A stretch of 64,000 bases of DNA from Bacteroidota bacterium (GCA_041160955.1 JBEAVK010000445.1:3182-67181); one strand, 5' to 3'. Counted from the first letter of the stretch, positions 47,617 to 57,446 are shown. Made by a program: numbers and translations. Notes: a model not told the origin generated them from the sequence alone.

Positions 47617-50373
47617 TCAATATTTTAGGATAAATTCGGTCAAATTATCCTCTTCTGAGAGGCCAATTTTTTTTCGGAGGCGATAACGCTTGTTTTCCAC
47701 ACCACGAACAGAGATATTAAACAACGGCGCAATTTCTTTGGAAGCAAGGTTCATCTTGAGGTATGCCGCTAAACGCAGGTCTCCGGGGGTGAGTTCGGGG
47801 AATTGGAGTAGCAATCGCTTGATAAAATCATCGTGTACCCGGTTGAAAGATGCTTCAAAAATTTCCCAGTCGTGATCGCCTTCCAAATGCTCGTCGATAT
47901 GTCGGATAATTTTATCCAGTGCTTTTGTATTTTTAGCAGAAGAAAGCAGTTCGTCTTTGAGGCTTTGCATGGCCTCGTTCTTTCGGATTAAATTAAAGGC
48001 CGCATTGGACAGTTCGCGGTTTTTATTATCAACTTCCAGTAGTAATATTTCGCGTTCGGTTTCGGTGCGTTGTCGTGCCAGTTCGCGTTCTTTTTCGGCT
48101 TCCAGTTGTTTGCGTTGTTTGTCTAGGCGGTTGCGGTTAAATTTTTCAAAACCGATCAACAAAAGTATAGCTAGTAGTGCATAAATAGTATAAGCCACCC
48201 CTGATCGGTACCAAGGCGCATCAATTTTAAAGGATAACCGCCCCTCTTGTCCACCTAAGTCCGAACGAACGATAAACGTATAGTTGCCATCGGGTAAATT
48301 GGTAAATTCTTTTTCCGCGCTGGTTTGCCAAGGCGACCATTGTGCAGAAAAACCCTCCAACTTGTACGAAAATTGCGGCTGTCGTTCAAAAACAGGGATT
48401 GAAAAGTGAAATTTCAAACTATTTTGTTGCCATTTGAAATGATGGTCGGCAATGGGGAGAAAGGAGTTGCCATCGCCAGTTTCTACCCTTCGTATCACTA
48501 CGAATGGTGTTGTTTTTCCATTTTCGGGTGTTATTTGGCGTTTATCGAGCAAGGCAAAGCCATTTTCTAAACAAAATAGATAGGTATGGGCGGCCAATGG
48601 CACGATACATTCGTACGAGGGAACCAGTGTGATCGGTAAACTGATCGACGATGCGCCCGCCGTTAAGTTGATGCCACTGCTGTCCACCGTAAAGTATTCA
48701 TTTTCATTGCCTGCCAATATCTTTTTACCCCAAAAATCAGGCGGGTATTTTTGAAATGATGTTGGTATGTTAGGATTGGTATTGATATGCAAAGGCACAG
48801 GTCTAGTATTCACGACTAATAGGCCGTTTGCAGTCACCAAATCCAGTTGGAAATCGGTGGTGAGGCCATCCGATTTGGAAAATGATTTGAGTGAAGTGAT
48901 CCGTGTAAGATCGTTGCTCAAGTGTAACCGGAACAAACCTTTATTCGGGTGGCTACCCCAAAGATCGCCAGCATCGTCGAAAGCAATTTTTTTCAAAGGC
49001 TCGTTAAAGCCTTCCACGCGGTGCCCAAATTGCCAACGACCATTTACACTTTTTTTAAAAACGACCAATCCGCTATACGTTCCCTGAATCAACACATCAG
49101 ATCTGCCGGGGATACGCTGCAAACACCAGCCGCCAGTAACGTCAGAAATTTTTTGGGCTATGCCATTATTAATGACAAATGTGCCGTCATTATGGCCAAT
49201 AATTATTTGATTATCAATAGATTGTAATTCCCAAACTTGTCCTTGTGAACCTTCTATCAATCTAAATTTTTCATTGCCTAAAGCACCTTCTTTGGCTTTT
49301 AGTAAACGCATAAACACGCCATGATTGGTACCAATATACAATTGCCCGTTGTATTCCGCAGCCGCATACACTGTCCCGATTTGTCCCGTCTGATCGTCAA
49401 AAACCTGAATTGGGGCATCCAGATCCACACAATCGATACCGCGATCAAGACCCAGCCAAAGGTTGTGGTTGCGATCTTCCATTAGGGCAAGCACTGTATT
49501 GTTTTGTAGGCCATTTTCGCGGTGTATATGAAAACTCAAATGCGCTGCTGTATCGAGAATATAAGTACCGTTCAGTATTGTGCCAATGGCCCAGCCGCCT
49601 TTTCGGAGTGCGACTGCTTTATTAAGTTGGTATTTTTTAAAACGCGCATTGAGTGGATTTTCCCAAGGTTTACATTGACCATTTTTGAGACAAAAAACGC
49701 CGTTGTTGGCAGTACCGATCCAAACTGTGCTATCGGGACCTTGTACCAAAAACTGCACAGATTTATCGCGTAGTATTTCGGTACTTTCGATAAACTGAAA
49801 GGTTTGGTCGGGTAATATTTCATAGACACCACGCCCAATAACAGGTAGCAAAATGCGGTCGTTTAACTGCTGGGCGAACATAATATTTCCAGGTGGTTTT
49901 AATATGGTAACATTTTGGTAATCATATTTATAAATAGTAGAAAAAGATTGAAATAGTACATAATTGGGCAAGACAAGAATATGCCATATTTCGTCTTTGA
50001 CCAATTGGTCGGCACGTATGCTGGCACTGAGTGAAGTATATTCGAGTCGTCCCGATTTGGCTGTTTTCCAGTACCCAAATTCGGCTACACCACCACCAAA
50101 TATTTCACCATTAGACCCCATGGCAATAGCACGTACGGTTTGTTTTTCAGGCATCACAAATAGTGCTGCTTGTGCGCCATCGAGTTCGAGTAGTCCACTG
50201 TTATTTCCAGCATATATCCATCCTTCCTTCGACTCTGCCAGTGACCAATTTTGGTTTTGGGCTTTATAATCGGAGGGTGTAAAATGTCGGATACGCGGTA
50301 CTTCCTGTGCGCAGCACAATACGGGAGCAAAAATAAAAAGGATTAATAGTATTTGCTGGTTCAGCCATTGCAT
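47617..50373 (-). CDS. one-component PUL regulator: beta-propeller (Reg_prop) / Y_Y_Y sensor, TM helix, coiled coil, LuxR-type HTH
   Basis: 918 aa. N-terminal repeated propeller blades, an Ig-like Y_Y_Y region (...GNYTFIVRS...), a TM helix (VAYTIYALLAILLLIGF) and a coiled coil. The C-terminal HTH is LTPGDLRLAAYLKMNLASKEIAPLFNISVRGVENKRYRLRKKIG. Confidence 0.85.
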   Translation of the reverse strand: MQWLNQQILLILFIFAPVLCCAQEVPRIRHFTPSDYKAQNQNWSLAESKEGWIYAGNNSGLLELDGAQAALFVMPEKQTVRAIAMGSNGEIFGGGVAEFGYWKTAKSGRLEYTSLSASIRADQLVKDEIWHILVLPNYVLFQSFSTIYKYDYQNVTILKPPGNIMFAQQLNDRILLPVIGRGVYEILPDQTFQFIESTEILRDKSVQFLVQGPDSTVWIGTANNGVFCLKNGQCKPWENPLNARFKKYQLNKAVALRKGGWAIGTILNGTYILDTAAHLSFHIHRENGLQNNTVLALMEDRNHNLWLGLDRGIDCVDLDAPIQVFDDQTGQIGTVYAAAEYNGQLYIGTNHGVFMRLLKAKEGALGNEKFRLIEGSQGQVWELQSIDNQIIIGHNDGTFVINNGIAQKISDVTGGWCLQRIPGRSDVLIQGTYSGLVVFKKSVNGRWQFGHRVEGFNEPLKKIAFDDAGDLWGSHPNKGLFRLHLSNDLTRITSLKSFSKSDGLTTDFQLDLVTANGLLVVNTRPVPLHINTNPNIPTSFQKYPPDFWGKKILAGNENEYFTVDSSGINLTAGASSISLPITLVPSYECIVPLAAHTYLFCLENGFALLDKRQITPENGKTTPFVVIRRVETGDGNSFLPIADHHFKWQQNSLKFHFSIPVFERQPQFSYKLEGFSAQWSPWQTSAEKEFTNLPDGNYTFIVRSDLGGQEGRLSFKIDAPWYRSGVAYTIYALLAILLLIGFEKFNRNRLDKQRKQLEAEKERELARQRTETEREILLLEVDNKNRELSNAAFNLIRKNEAMQSLKDELLSSAKNTKALDKIIRHIDEHLEGDHDWEIFEASFNRVHDDFIKRLLLQFPELTPGDLRLAAYLKMNLASKEIAPLFNISVRGVENKRYRLRKKIGLSEEDNLTEFILKY

Positions 50374-50377
50374 TTGG

Positions 50378-50385
50378 CAAAGTTA
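50378..50385 (-). promoter_or_regulatory. candidate -7 promoter box 4 nt from the regulator start codon
   Basis: CAAAGTTA on the + strand equals TAACTTTG on the - strand (TAnnTTTG). Only CCAA separates it from ATG 50373, which implies a leaderless or near-leaderless mRNA if it is used. Confidence 0.3.
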
Positions 50386-50471
50386 GTGCAAAATTTAAAA
50401 AGAAGTAGATGCTCAATGCTCTTATGGTTACTTTTTACGCAATTTAAGGCTATGTATTTGGTATAACACTT

Positions 50472-50479
50472 TATCTTTG
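50472..50479 (+). promoter_or_regulatory. candidate -7 promoter box for the Uma2 gene
   Basis: TATCTTTG matches TAnnTTTG, 15 nt upstream of ATG 50495. This supports that ATG over the TTG at 50477. Confidence 0.4.
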
Positions 50480-50494
50480 CACAAAATTACACGT

Positions 50495-51097
50495 ATGTCG
50501 GTCATTACAAGCCTTTCGCAATTAGATTTAAACGGAAAATATTCTTACGCCGATTACCTTGCATGGGAATTTGAGGAACGTGTTGAGTTGGTAAAAGGGA
50601 AAATACTGCCCATATCCGCTTCAAATCGCAGACACCAAGCCATCTCTCGATATATGAACGGCGTTTTCTTTATCTTTTTTGAAGCGCATCCCTGTGCATT
50701 TTATGATGCACCATTTGATGTGCGGCTTTTGGACAAAAACAAATCCATGAAGGCCAATAAGGAAGTATTCACGGTTGTTCAGCCCGATATTTGTGTGATC
50801 TGTGATGAATCAAAACTAGACGATAAAGGTTGTTTAGGTGCTCCCGACCTCGTTATTGAAATACTTTCACCGGGTAATTCTACTAAAGAGATGCGCCTGA
50901 AAAAAGAACTTTACGAAGAAAATTAGGTACGTGAATATTGGATTTTGGATCCCGAACGGGAGATGTCGTTCCAGTTTGTACTCACTGAAAATGGGATTTA
51001 TGGCCCGCCCCAGCTCTATATACAAGATGAAATGATGGTTTCGGCTATTTTTGAGGGTTTGCAGGTTGATTTGGCGTGTGTTTTTAAGCAGCAATAG
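50495..51097 (+). pseudogene. Uma2-family (DUF820) endonuclease interrupted by an in-frame TAG
   Basis: The frame reads ...APDLVIEILSPGNSTKEMRLKKELYEEN, then TAG (50924-50926), then VREYWILDPEREMSFQFVLTENGIYGPPQLY...VFKQQ, ending at TAG 51095-51097. The Uma2 signature PD.vvE..SP......K...Y...GV.EYW..DP spans the stop. Confidence 0.8.
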
Positions 51098-51182
51098 TTG
51101 TAATATTTTTTTGTAATTTCGCGTAAAATATTAACTTTACTAAGTCATAATTGTTTAGTGTAGATACCTTATATCTGTTATC

Positions 51183-52559
51183 ATGGACACCGAAATACTT
51201 GCTCGCATCCAATTTGCATTTACTATTGCTTTTCATTATATCTATCCACCCATGAGTATTGGCCTGGGGCTTATTTTAGTCTTTATGGAGGGTATGTACT
51301 TGCGTACGGGTAAAAAACTGTACGAAGACATGACCCGTTTTTGGATCAAGATATTTGCACTTATTTTTGGAATTGGTGTAACAACAGGTATCGTGATGGA
51401 ATTTGAATTTGGCACCAACTGGGCTACTTATTCCAAATATGTAGGCGATGTTTTTGGTTCTGCATTGGCTGCGGAAGGCATATTTGCGTTTGCATTGGAA
51501 TCGGGTTTTCTGGGGATATTGATTTTCGGATGGAATAGGGTGAGTCCACCTGTGCATTTTTTTTCGACAATTATGGTATGGCTGGGATCTATGTTTTCTG
51601 CGGTTTGGATCGTTATCGCTAATTCATGGCAACAGACTCCTACTGGATATCGAATTGTAGGCGAGGGCATGCAGGCGCGAGCAGAAATTACCGATTTTTG
51701 GGCTATGATTTTTAATCCATCCAGTATTGATCGACTATCTCATGTTTGGATTGGATCGTTTTTAGCAGGTGCATTTCTGGTATTGAGTGTAAATGCTTGG
51801 TATATTTTGAAAAAAAAGCATTTAGAAATAGCCCAACCGGCCTTCAAAATAGCCTTAGTGGTAGCGGTATTTGCTTCGCTTGCCCAATTATTTACAGGTC
51901 ACCGCAGCGCAGATGGAGTATCGGTAAACCAACCGGCAAAACTTGCTGCCATGGAGGGACATTATGATTCTTTAGCCGTGGCAGATATGTATCTGTTAGG
52001 TTGGGTTGATCAGCAACAGCAAACAGTAAGCGGACTTGGTATTCCGGGTGGTTTAACATTTTTATTACACCAAGACTTTAAAACGCCTGTGCGTGGCCTT
52101 AATAGTTTTCCAAAGGCTGATCGCCCTAAACAAATAAATGCTATTTTCCAGTTCTACCATATTATGGTGGCGATTGGTATGGCTTTAATTGCACTCTCAC
52201 TTTTTGCGCTTTGGCAATGGCGGCGCGGTCAATTATTTGAAAAACGGTGGTTGATGTGGGTATTTGTTTGGGCTGTATTATTACCCCAAATAGCGAATCA
52301 AGTGGGGTGGTTTGCTGCCGAAATGGGGCGACAACCGTGGGTAGTATATGGGCTTTTGCGTACAAGCGAAGCATTCTCTAGGACGGTGACAGCCAATCAA
52401 ATTATTTTTTCACTCGTGCTTTTTACCGTAGTTTATACTGTTTTGCTCATTTTGTTTTTGTACCTAATGACCAAAAAAATACAACATGGCCCCGACCATT
52501 CTCTAAATGACGAGGACGCAAACTCGCGCCGCGATAACCCTTTGATGGATCAAATATAA
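51183..52559 (+). CDS. cydA: cytochrome bd ubiquinol oxidase subunit I
   Basis: The N-terminus LARIQFAFTIAFHYIYPPMSIGLG is the conserved CydA start. 458 aa, multi-TM, short Q-loop type. Confidence 0.95.
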   Translation: MDTEILARIQFAFTIAFHYIYPPMSIGLGLILVFMEGMYLRTGKKLYEDMTRFWIKIFALIFGIGVTTGIVMEFEFGTNWATYSKYVGDVFGSALAAEGIFAFALESGFLGILIFGWNRVSPPVHFFSTIMVWLGSMFSAVWIVIANSWQQTPTGYRIVGEGMQARAEITDFWAMIFNPSSIDRLSHVWIGSFLAGAFLVLSVNAWYILKKKHLEIAQPAFKIALVVAVFASLAQLFTGHRSADGVSVNQPAKLAAMEGHYDSLAVADMYLLGWVDQQQQTVSGLGIPGGLTFLLHQDFKTPVRGLNSFPKADRPKQINAIFQFYHIMVAIGMALIALSLFALWQWRRGQLFEKRWLMWVFVWAVLLPQIANQVGWFAAEMGRQPWVVYGLLRTSEAFSRTVTANQIIFSLVLFTVVYTVLLILFLYLMTKKIQHGPDHSLNDEDANSRRDNPLMDQI

Positions 52560-52573
52560 CCTGCACAACTATT

Positions 52574-53602
52574 ATGATATTTGGAATTGATTATACCACA
52601 TGGTGGTTTTTAGTTTTTGGTGGAGTCATTACAGGCTATGCTATTTTGGATGGCTTTGATCTTGGCGCAGGTGCCATGCACCTTTTTTTGAAAAAAGAGG
52701 AAAGCCGCCGCATTGCACTCAATGCTATCGGGCCAGTTTGGGACGGCAACGAAGTATGGCTGGTAATTGGGGGAGGTGCCTTATTTGCAGGTTTTCCGGT
52801 GGCTTATGCTGCCATTTTTTCGGCTTTTTATGTGCCTTTTATGATTTTTATAGTAGGGTTGATTTATAGAGGCGTTGCCATTGAGTTTAGGAGTAAGGAA
52901 ACGGGACGTATTTGGCGAGCAAGTTGGGATTTTGTGTATTTTTTCTCTTGTACTGTGGTCACATTGTCGCTCGGTTTGATGCTTGGTAATGTTGCCCTTG
53001 GTATCCCACTCGATACCAATCATGAGTTTGCGGGTAATTGGTTGGATTTTTTTAATCCGTTTAGCATATTAGTGGCCATTACCACATTGGCTTTGTTTAT
53101 GATGCATGGAGCCATATTTTTAACGATGAAAACAGAAGGTCGTTTGTTTACGAAAACCACCCTTTTAGCGCGGAATTTTACGATATTTTTTGTGATTGCA
53201 TTTACGCTCAACTCGCTTTACACCTTATTATATATACCGCATTTGAGCGATCGAATTCGCTCGAATCCACAGTTTTTTATTTTACCCGTAATCATGGTAC
53301 TGGCAGTTGCAAATATACCGCGTCAATTGACCAAAGGGTATTATCGCGCTGCCTTTGTTAGTTCGGCAATCACGATTGCGACATTGCTCATTACGGTTGC
53401 GGTGGAAGTGTTTCCTTATTTGGTTTTTGCGCCAAATAATCCTGCCAATAGTATCACGATTTCAAATGGCGCTTCCAGCGAAAAAACAATGGGCTTATTG
53501 CTCACCATTGCTTTGTTAGGCACGCCATTAGTGGCTACTTATACCGCTTTCGTCTTTTGGACTTTTAAAGGCAAGGTAAAATTGGATGAAACGAGTTATT
53601 AG
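52574..53602 (+). CDS. cydB: cytochrome bd ubiquinol oxidase subunit II
   Basis: 342-aa polytopic protein 14 nt after cydA. Typical CydB N-terminus (WFLVFGGVITGYAILDGFDLGAG...GPVWDGNEVWL). Confidence 0.95.
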   Translation: MIFGIDYTTWWFLVFGGVITGYAILDGFDLGAGAMHLFLKKEESRRIALNAIGPVWDGNEVWLVIGGGALFAGFPVAYAAIFSAFYVPFMIFIVGLIYRGVAIEFRSKETGRIWRASWDFVYFFSCTVVTLSLGLMLGNVALGIPLDTNHEFAGNWLDFFNPFSILVAITTLALFMMHGAIFLTMKTEGRLFTKTTLLARNFTIFFVIAFTLNSLYTLLYIPHLSDRIRSNPQFFILPVIMVLAVANIPRQLTKGYYRAAFVSSAITIATLLITVAVEVFPYLVFAPNNPANSITISNGASSEKTMGLLLTIALLGTPLVATYTAFVFWTFKGKVKLDETSY

Positions 53603-53619
53603 TTAGAAGCAGTTGAAGT

Positions 53620-54246
53620 CTATAATTTCACAATTTCGATACCATTTTTAAGTAATTTCACCTTACCTTTTTCCGATAATTTTTTCATAAGCCTAGAAAT
53701 TACCTCTCGAGACGAATTTAATTCTTGTGCAATTTCGGTATTTGAAATTTTAAGAATATTAGTTTGCTGCGCATCTCTATGCCTGCGTAAGTAAAACTCC
53801 AAGCGTTCGTCCATATTCTGAAACGCAATATGGTCAATCGTTTGAAGGAGTTCCTCATAGCGTTTTCGATAAGTTTCTACCACAAACAGATACCACGTGC
53901 GGAATTGGCGCATCCAGTTTTCGGTTTCATCCACCGGAACGACCAAAACGACTGTATCCGTTACTGTTCTGGCAGTAATGGAACTGGCACGAAAAGTTCG
54001 GTCACAAATCAAAGATAATGCACAACCATCACCAGGGTGCAAGTGGTACATAAAAAATTCTTCACCATCCTCGCCTTCGCGGAATAACTTGACCAAACCC
54101 TCCAAAACAATCATGGTATTCTTGATATTTTGCCCCGATTGTAAAAGCGTTGTACCTGGTGGTACGTGCATGATTTTACCTTTCCCCTCCAATTCAGTGA
54201 GCAAACCTTCTTCTAAATTTGGAAATAGATGCCTATATTTTTTCAT
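53620..54246 (-). CDS. Crp/Fnr-family transcriptional regulator
   Basis: cNMP-binding-like N-terminal beta-roll plus a C-terminal HTH (SNTEIAQELNSSREVISRLMKKL). The ATG overlaps the TauE stop (ATGA). Confidence 0.85.
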   Translation of the reverse strand: MKKYRHLFPNLEEGLLTELEGKGKIMHVPPGTTLLQSGQNIKNTMIVLEGLVKLFREGEDGEEFFMYHLHPGDGCALSLICDRTFRASSITARTVTDTVVLVVPVDETENWMRQFRTWYLFVVETYRKRYEELLQTIDHIAFQNMDERLEFYLRRHRDAQQTNILKISNTEIAQELNSSREVISRLMKKLSEKGKVKLLKNGIEIVKL

Positions 54247-55046
54247 TTACCCCAATAAAATTCTTTTAACAATATATAAATTCCCATCACCAAAACAAAC
54301 CAACCAAATGCTTTTTTCAATTTATCGCCATTGATCTTTCTGCTTAATATATTACCCAAAAAGATACCAGTAATGGCCAAGCCAGAAACGCTCAGCAGCA
54401 ATATCCAGTCCATTTTGTAATTGGATAAATCGCCCAAAAAGCCAAACAACGATTTGGCTGCAATAATAAGCAATGAAGTGCCGACAGCCTGTTTCATCGG
54501 CAACTTACTAAACAATACTAAGGCCGGAATGATTAAAAAACCACCGCCAGCACCGACCAATCCAGTCAATATACCCACTACTGTTCCTTCCAAAAGTATC
54601 ATTGGATAATTGAACTTTTGAGGGATAGTTTCAGCCGTTTCTTGGCCTCCTTTTTTACTTCGTATCATAGAAACAGAAGCAAATACCATTAATACCGCAA
54701 ATATACCCAATAAAAACATCGCTTTGGTCACCACTAGTACTCCAAGACTAAAAACAGGATTGGGTATAATGGGAACAAGCCATGCGCGGGTCGCATATAC
54801 CGCTAGGATGGATGGAATACCAAAAATAATGGCGGTTTTCAAGTTGACCATTCCATCGCGGTATTTGGGTAAGGTACCCACTAAACTAGTTGTTCCTACA
54901 ATAAATAAGGAATAGCCAGTGGCTAATACCGGCTCTACTCCAAAAAGATACACCAATACCGGAACCGTCAAAATACTGCCGCCCCCGCCGATCAATCCCA
55001 AAGATACGCCAATTAATACAGATGCTAAATAACCTATAATTTCCAT
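54243..55046 (-). CDS. TauE/SafE (DUF81) family sulfite/anion exporter
   Basis: Polytopic membrane protein with the duplicated GGGGSILTVP / GAGGGFLIIPAL motifs. ATG 55046 is preferred because a -7 box lies at 55076-55083, inside the longer track ORF. Confidence 0.85.
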   Translation of the reverse strand: MEIIGYLASVLIGVSLGLIGGGGSILTVPVLVYLFGVEPVLATGYSLFIVGTTSLVGTLPKYRDGMVNLKTAIIFGIPSILAVYATRAWLVPIIPNPVFSLGVLVVTKAMFLLGIFAVLMVFASVSMIRSKKGGQETAETIPQKFNYPMILLEGTVVGILTGLVGAGGGFLIIPALVLFSKLPMKQAVGTSLLIIAAKSLFGFLGDLSNYKMDWILLLSVSGLAITGIFLGNILSRKINGDKLKKAFGWFVLVMGIYILLKEFYWGK

Positions 55047-55075
55047 TTTCTTTCTATCTTGATAAATATGGCGAC

Positions 55076-55083
55076 AAAGATAC
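55076..55083 (-). promoter_or_regulatory. candidate -7 promoter box for TauE-Crp operon
   Basis: CAAAGATA on the + strand equals TATCTTTG on the - strand (TAnnTTTG), 29 nt upstream of ATG 55046. Confidence 0.4.
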
Positions 55084-55147
55084 AACAAGCCGAAAGCGAG
55101 GCAACGTGATATATGTCACGTGTCTAAATAGAAAAATAGCATCAATA

Positions 55148-55687
55148 CTATTTCAGTGTTACCACCTGTATCCCGAATAATCCATGCACCACAGGCAGCG
55201 ATATTAATGCTCCCGGCTGAGTAATGGGGTAATATGCCTGCGTTTTGTACCTAAACTGCCGAATAACACCATTATCTTGCACGGTTAGCATCCATTGGTT
55301 GGGTTTTGCGGCCTCATTGTCATATAAGCCATGGCCTTTTTCTAAGAGACCATAACCTGTTGCTAAAAAAGCACGTTCCGATATAAATTTGAACTCGGTT
55401 AATACCTTTTTTCCGCCTAAACGATTCAATAAACTACCAAACAAAGGCGAAAATAGCAAGGTTATCACCACAGTAAACAACACTTCGGGGTAATGCTTGC
55501 CCAAGGGCGTAAACCGCTCGCGCATCCACCATAAAATACCACCAGCAAGTACCAAACCCACTGTAAATGAACCAATTAATAGCGACTTTATGCCAATTGT
55601 ATTTGAAAAATGTACAAACTCCTGTGTATAAAGCCACATCAGTCCAACAAAAAAAAGCACACCCAATAATGCGTAAACTCTTACCAT
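55148..55687 (-). CDS. hypothetical membrane protein
   Basis: 179-aa ORF with three predicted TM helices in the N-terminal 90 aa and a soluble C-terminal half. No family recognised. Confidence 0.45.
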   Translation of the reverse strand: MVRVYALLGVLFFVGLMWLYTQEFVHFSNTIGIKSLLIGSFTVGLVLAGGILWWMRERFTPLGKHYPEVLFTVVITLLFSPLFGSLLNRLGGKKVLTEFKFISERAFLATGYGLLEKGHGLYDNEAAKPNQWMLTVQDNGVIRQFRYKTQAYYPITQPGALISLPVVHGLFGIQVVTLK

Positions 55688-56005
55688 AAATTAATGTTTT
55701 ATTGTTCCCTAATATCCAGTTTTGGAATAGGCTTCAGACCTTGTTTTGCAACACGTAAAAGACTTTTTACCGCTCGCCTGTGCGCCTACAAAAAATGTTA
55801 AATCTCAAAATAAGACTGTACCTTCTTTTATTGGAGCCAAATGATGTACGGAAAGTTCAACTTCCCCCATTTGCTTTTTCATTTCTTCTTATTTTGAAAC
55901 ACAAAGGTAGTTTTTTTATTCATTTAGTATGAAATTATCCTATCCCAAACCACGAATTACCTCCCCACTAAAAAAATACCAATCTTTTTAAAACCTTTTT
56001 TGCAA

Positions 56006-56027
56006 ATTAAGTGTTTCAACACTTAAT
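56006..56027. promoter_or_regulatory. 22-bp perfect palindrome (candidate operator) upstream of yceI
   Basis: attaagtgtt (56006-56015), tc, aacacttaat (56018-56027). It ends 27 nt before ATG 56055. Confidence 0.4.
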
Positions 56028-56054
56028 ACTATAACATTTAAATTTTCAAAACAC

Positions 56055-56579
56055 ATGTCAACTAACAAATGGGTACTCGACCCTTCACACAGCGAGGTAC
56101 AATTCAAAGTAAAACACCTAATGATCACCAATGTAACGGGTCAGTTCAACGTTATTTCCGCTGCTATCGAAACGGAAGGCGATGATTTCAGCAATGCGCA
56201 CATCAATTTTACGGCTGATGCAGCATCAGTGAACACTGGCAACGAACAACGCGATGGCCACTTAAAAAGCCCAGAGTTTTTCGACGCTGAAAATTACCCA
56301 AATATTTCTTTTGAATCCACTGGCTACAATGCAGCAGAGGAGAAAGTTACAGGTAATCTTACCATCAGAAATGTGACTAAGCCAGTAAGTTTAGATGTGG
56401 AGTTTTCTGGTACCAACAAAGACCCATGGGGTAACGAAAAAGCAGGTTTCTCTCTATCCGGAAAAATTAACCGTACCGATTTTGAACTCAACTGGAATGC
56501 AGCCCTAGAAGCAGGTGGCGTACTTGTGAGCGAAGACGTAAAAATTGCTGCTGAAGTGCAATTCGTAAAGCAAGCGTAA
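56055..56579 (+). CDS. yceI: YceI-family polyisoprenoid-binding protein
   Basis: WVLDPSHSEVQFKVKHLMITNVTGQF...RDGHLKSPEFFDAENYPNISF...GNLTIRNVTKPV are classical YceI blocks. 174 aa. No signal peptide seen. Confidence 0.9.
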   Translation: MSTNKWVLDPSHSEVQFKVKHLMITNVTGQFNVISAAIETEGDDFSNAHINFTADAASVNTGNEQRDGHLKSPEFFDAENYPNISFESTGYNAAEEKVTGNLTIRNVTKPVSLDVEFSGTNKDPWGNEKAGFSLSGKINRTDFELNWNAALEAGGVLVSEDVKIAAEVQFVKQA

Positions 56580-56766
56580 ATCAGTCGGATCACTTAACTT
56601 TGTTTTTGTTGTAAAAAAAGACAAAAATACCTGTTTTTACCACAAAAACAAAGTTGCGTTATACTAATAATGCGGAATAATCAAACCTAAAGTGCCCATA
56701 TACCACCATATTTTCAGGCGCAATAAATGATGGTCGCTTGGGCAGTCTCCCACGGCAACAAGTTTA

Positions 56767-57357
56767 TTATATGCGTTCAATAGGAATCACCCGTATCCCC
56801 GTTGCATTTTGCTCAAACCACTGGATTGGAGCAAGTGTTTTGTCGCCAGTAAGGGTATCGCATTTGAAGAACATATAGTACAACTGGATACAATAGTCCA
56901 CGCGCAGGAGCAAGGATGGTAACGTTTTATGTTTTAGATTTTCTACGCTTTTGCGTTCGTAGAGCCATGCGTAATAGGCATCATCGTGGGTAGCAATAAT
57001 ATCGAGTACGACCTGATCCGAGGTAAAATCCTGCATAAAATTGCGAGCAATAGCGCCGTGGTGTCTCGACCAGTCGCGGGGGCTGCTACGGTCTTCCATA
57101 TATTTAAAGGTATCGTGGGCAAAAGTAATTAAGCGCAAACGGCGGCGTTCATTCGGAGTTAGATTTTTAATTTGATCTACATTATCCAACACCTCCCGAA
57201 TATGATAAGCTACTTTGCCTTCTGGGTGACCAAATCGGGGTTCGCCCCAGTCTAAGCCAATTTGAAATTCAGGTACAGCAAGTAGTGCTCGTTCCAGATC
57301 GTTTTCTGGACGCAGTAAATTTACCAGTGCCTTAATATTAATCGAGCGACCTTTCAT
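56767..57357 (-). CDS. hypothetical HD-superfamily phosphohydrolase-like protein
   Basis: FGHPEGKVAYHIREVLDNV followed by FAHDTFKY resembles the HPEG...H / HD motif pair of the HD domain found in CCA-adding enzymes. The assignment is tentative. Confidence 0.45.
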   Translation of the reverse strand: MKGRSINIKALVNLLRPENDLERALLAVPEFQIGLDWGEPRFGHPEGKVAYHIREVLDNVDQIKNLTPNERRRLRLITFAHDTFKYMEDRSSPRDWSRHHGAIARNFMQDFTSDQVVLDIIATHDDAYYAWLYERKSVENLKHKTLPSLLLRVDYCIQLYYMFFKCDTLTGDKTLAPIQWFEQNATGIRVIPIERI

Positions 57358-57446
57358 TTTACCCGTTAGTCGTAATTATGATGGTGTTTGTCGTTCCATC
57401 TTAGTGATGAGCCAACATTTTAGCATAAAAATACGTTATTATTTTG

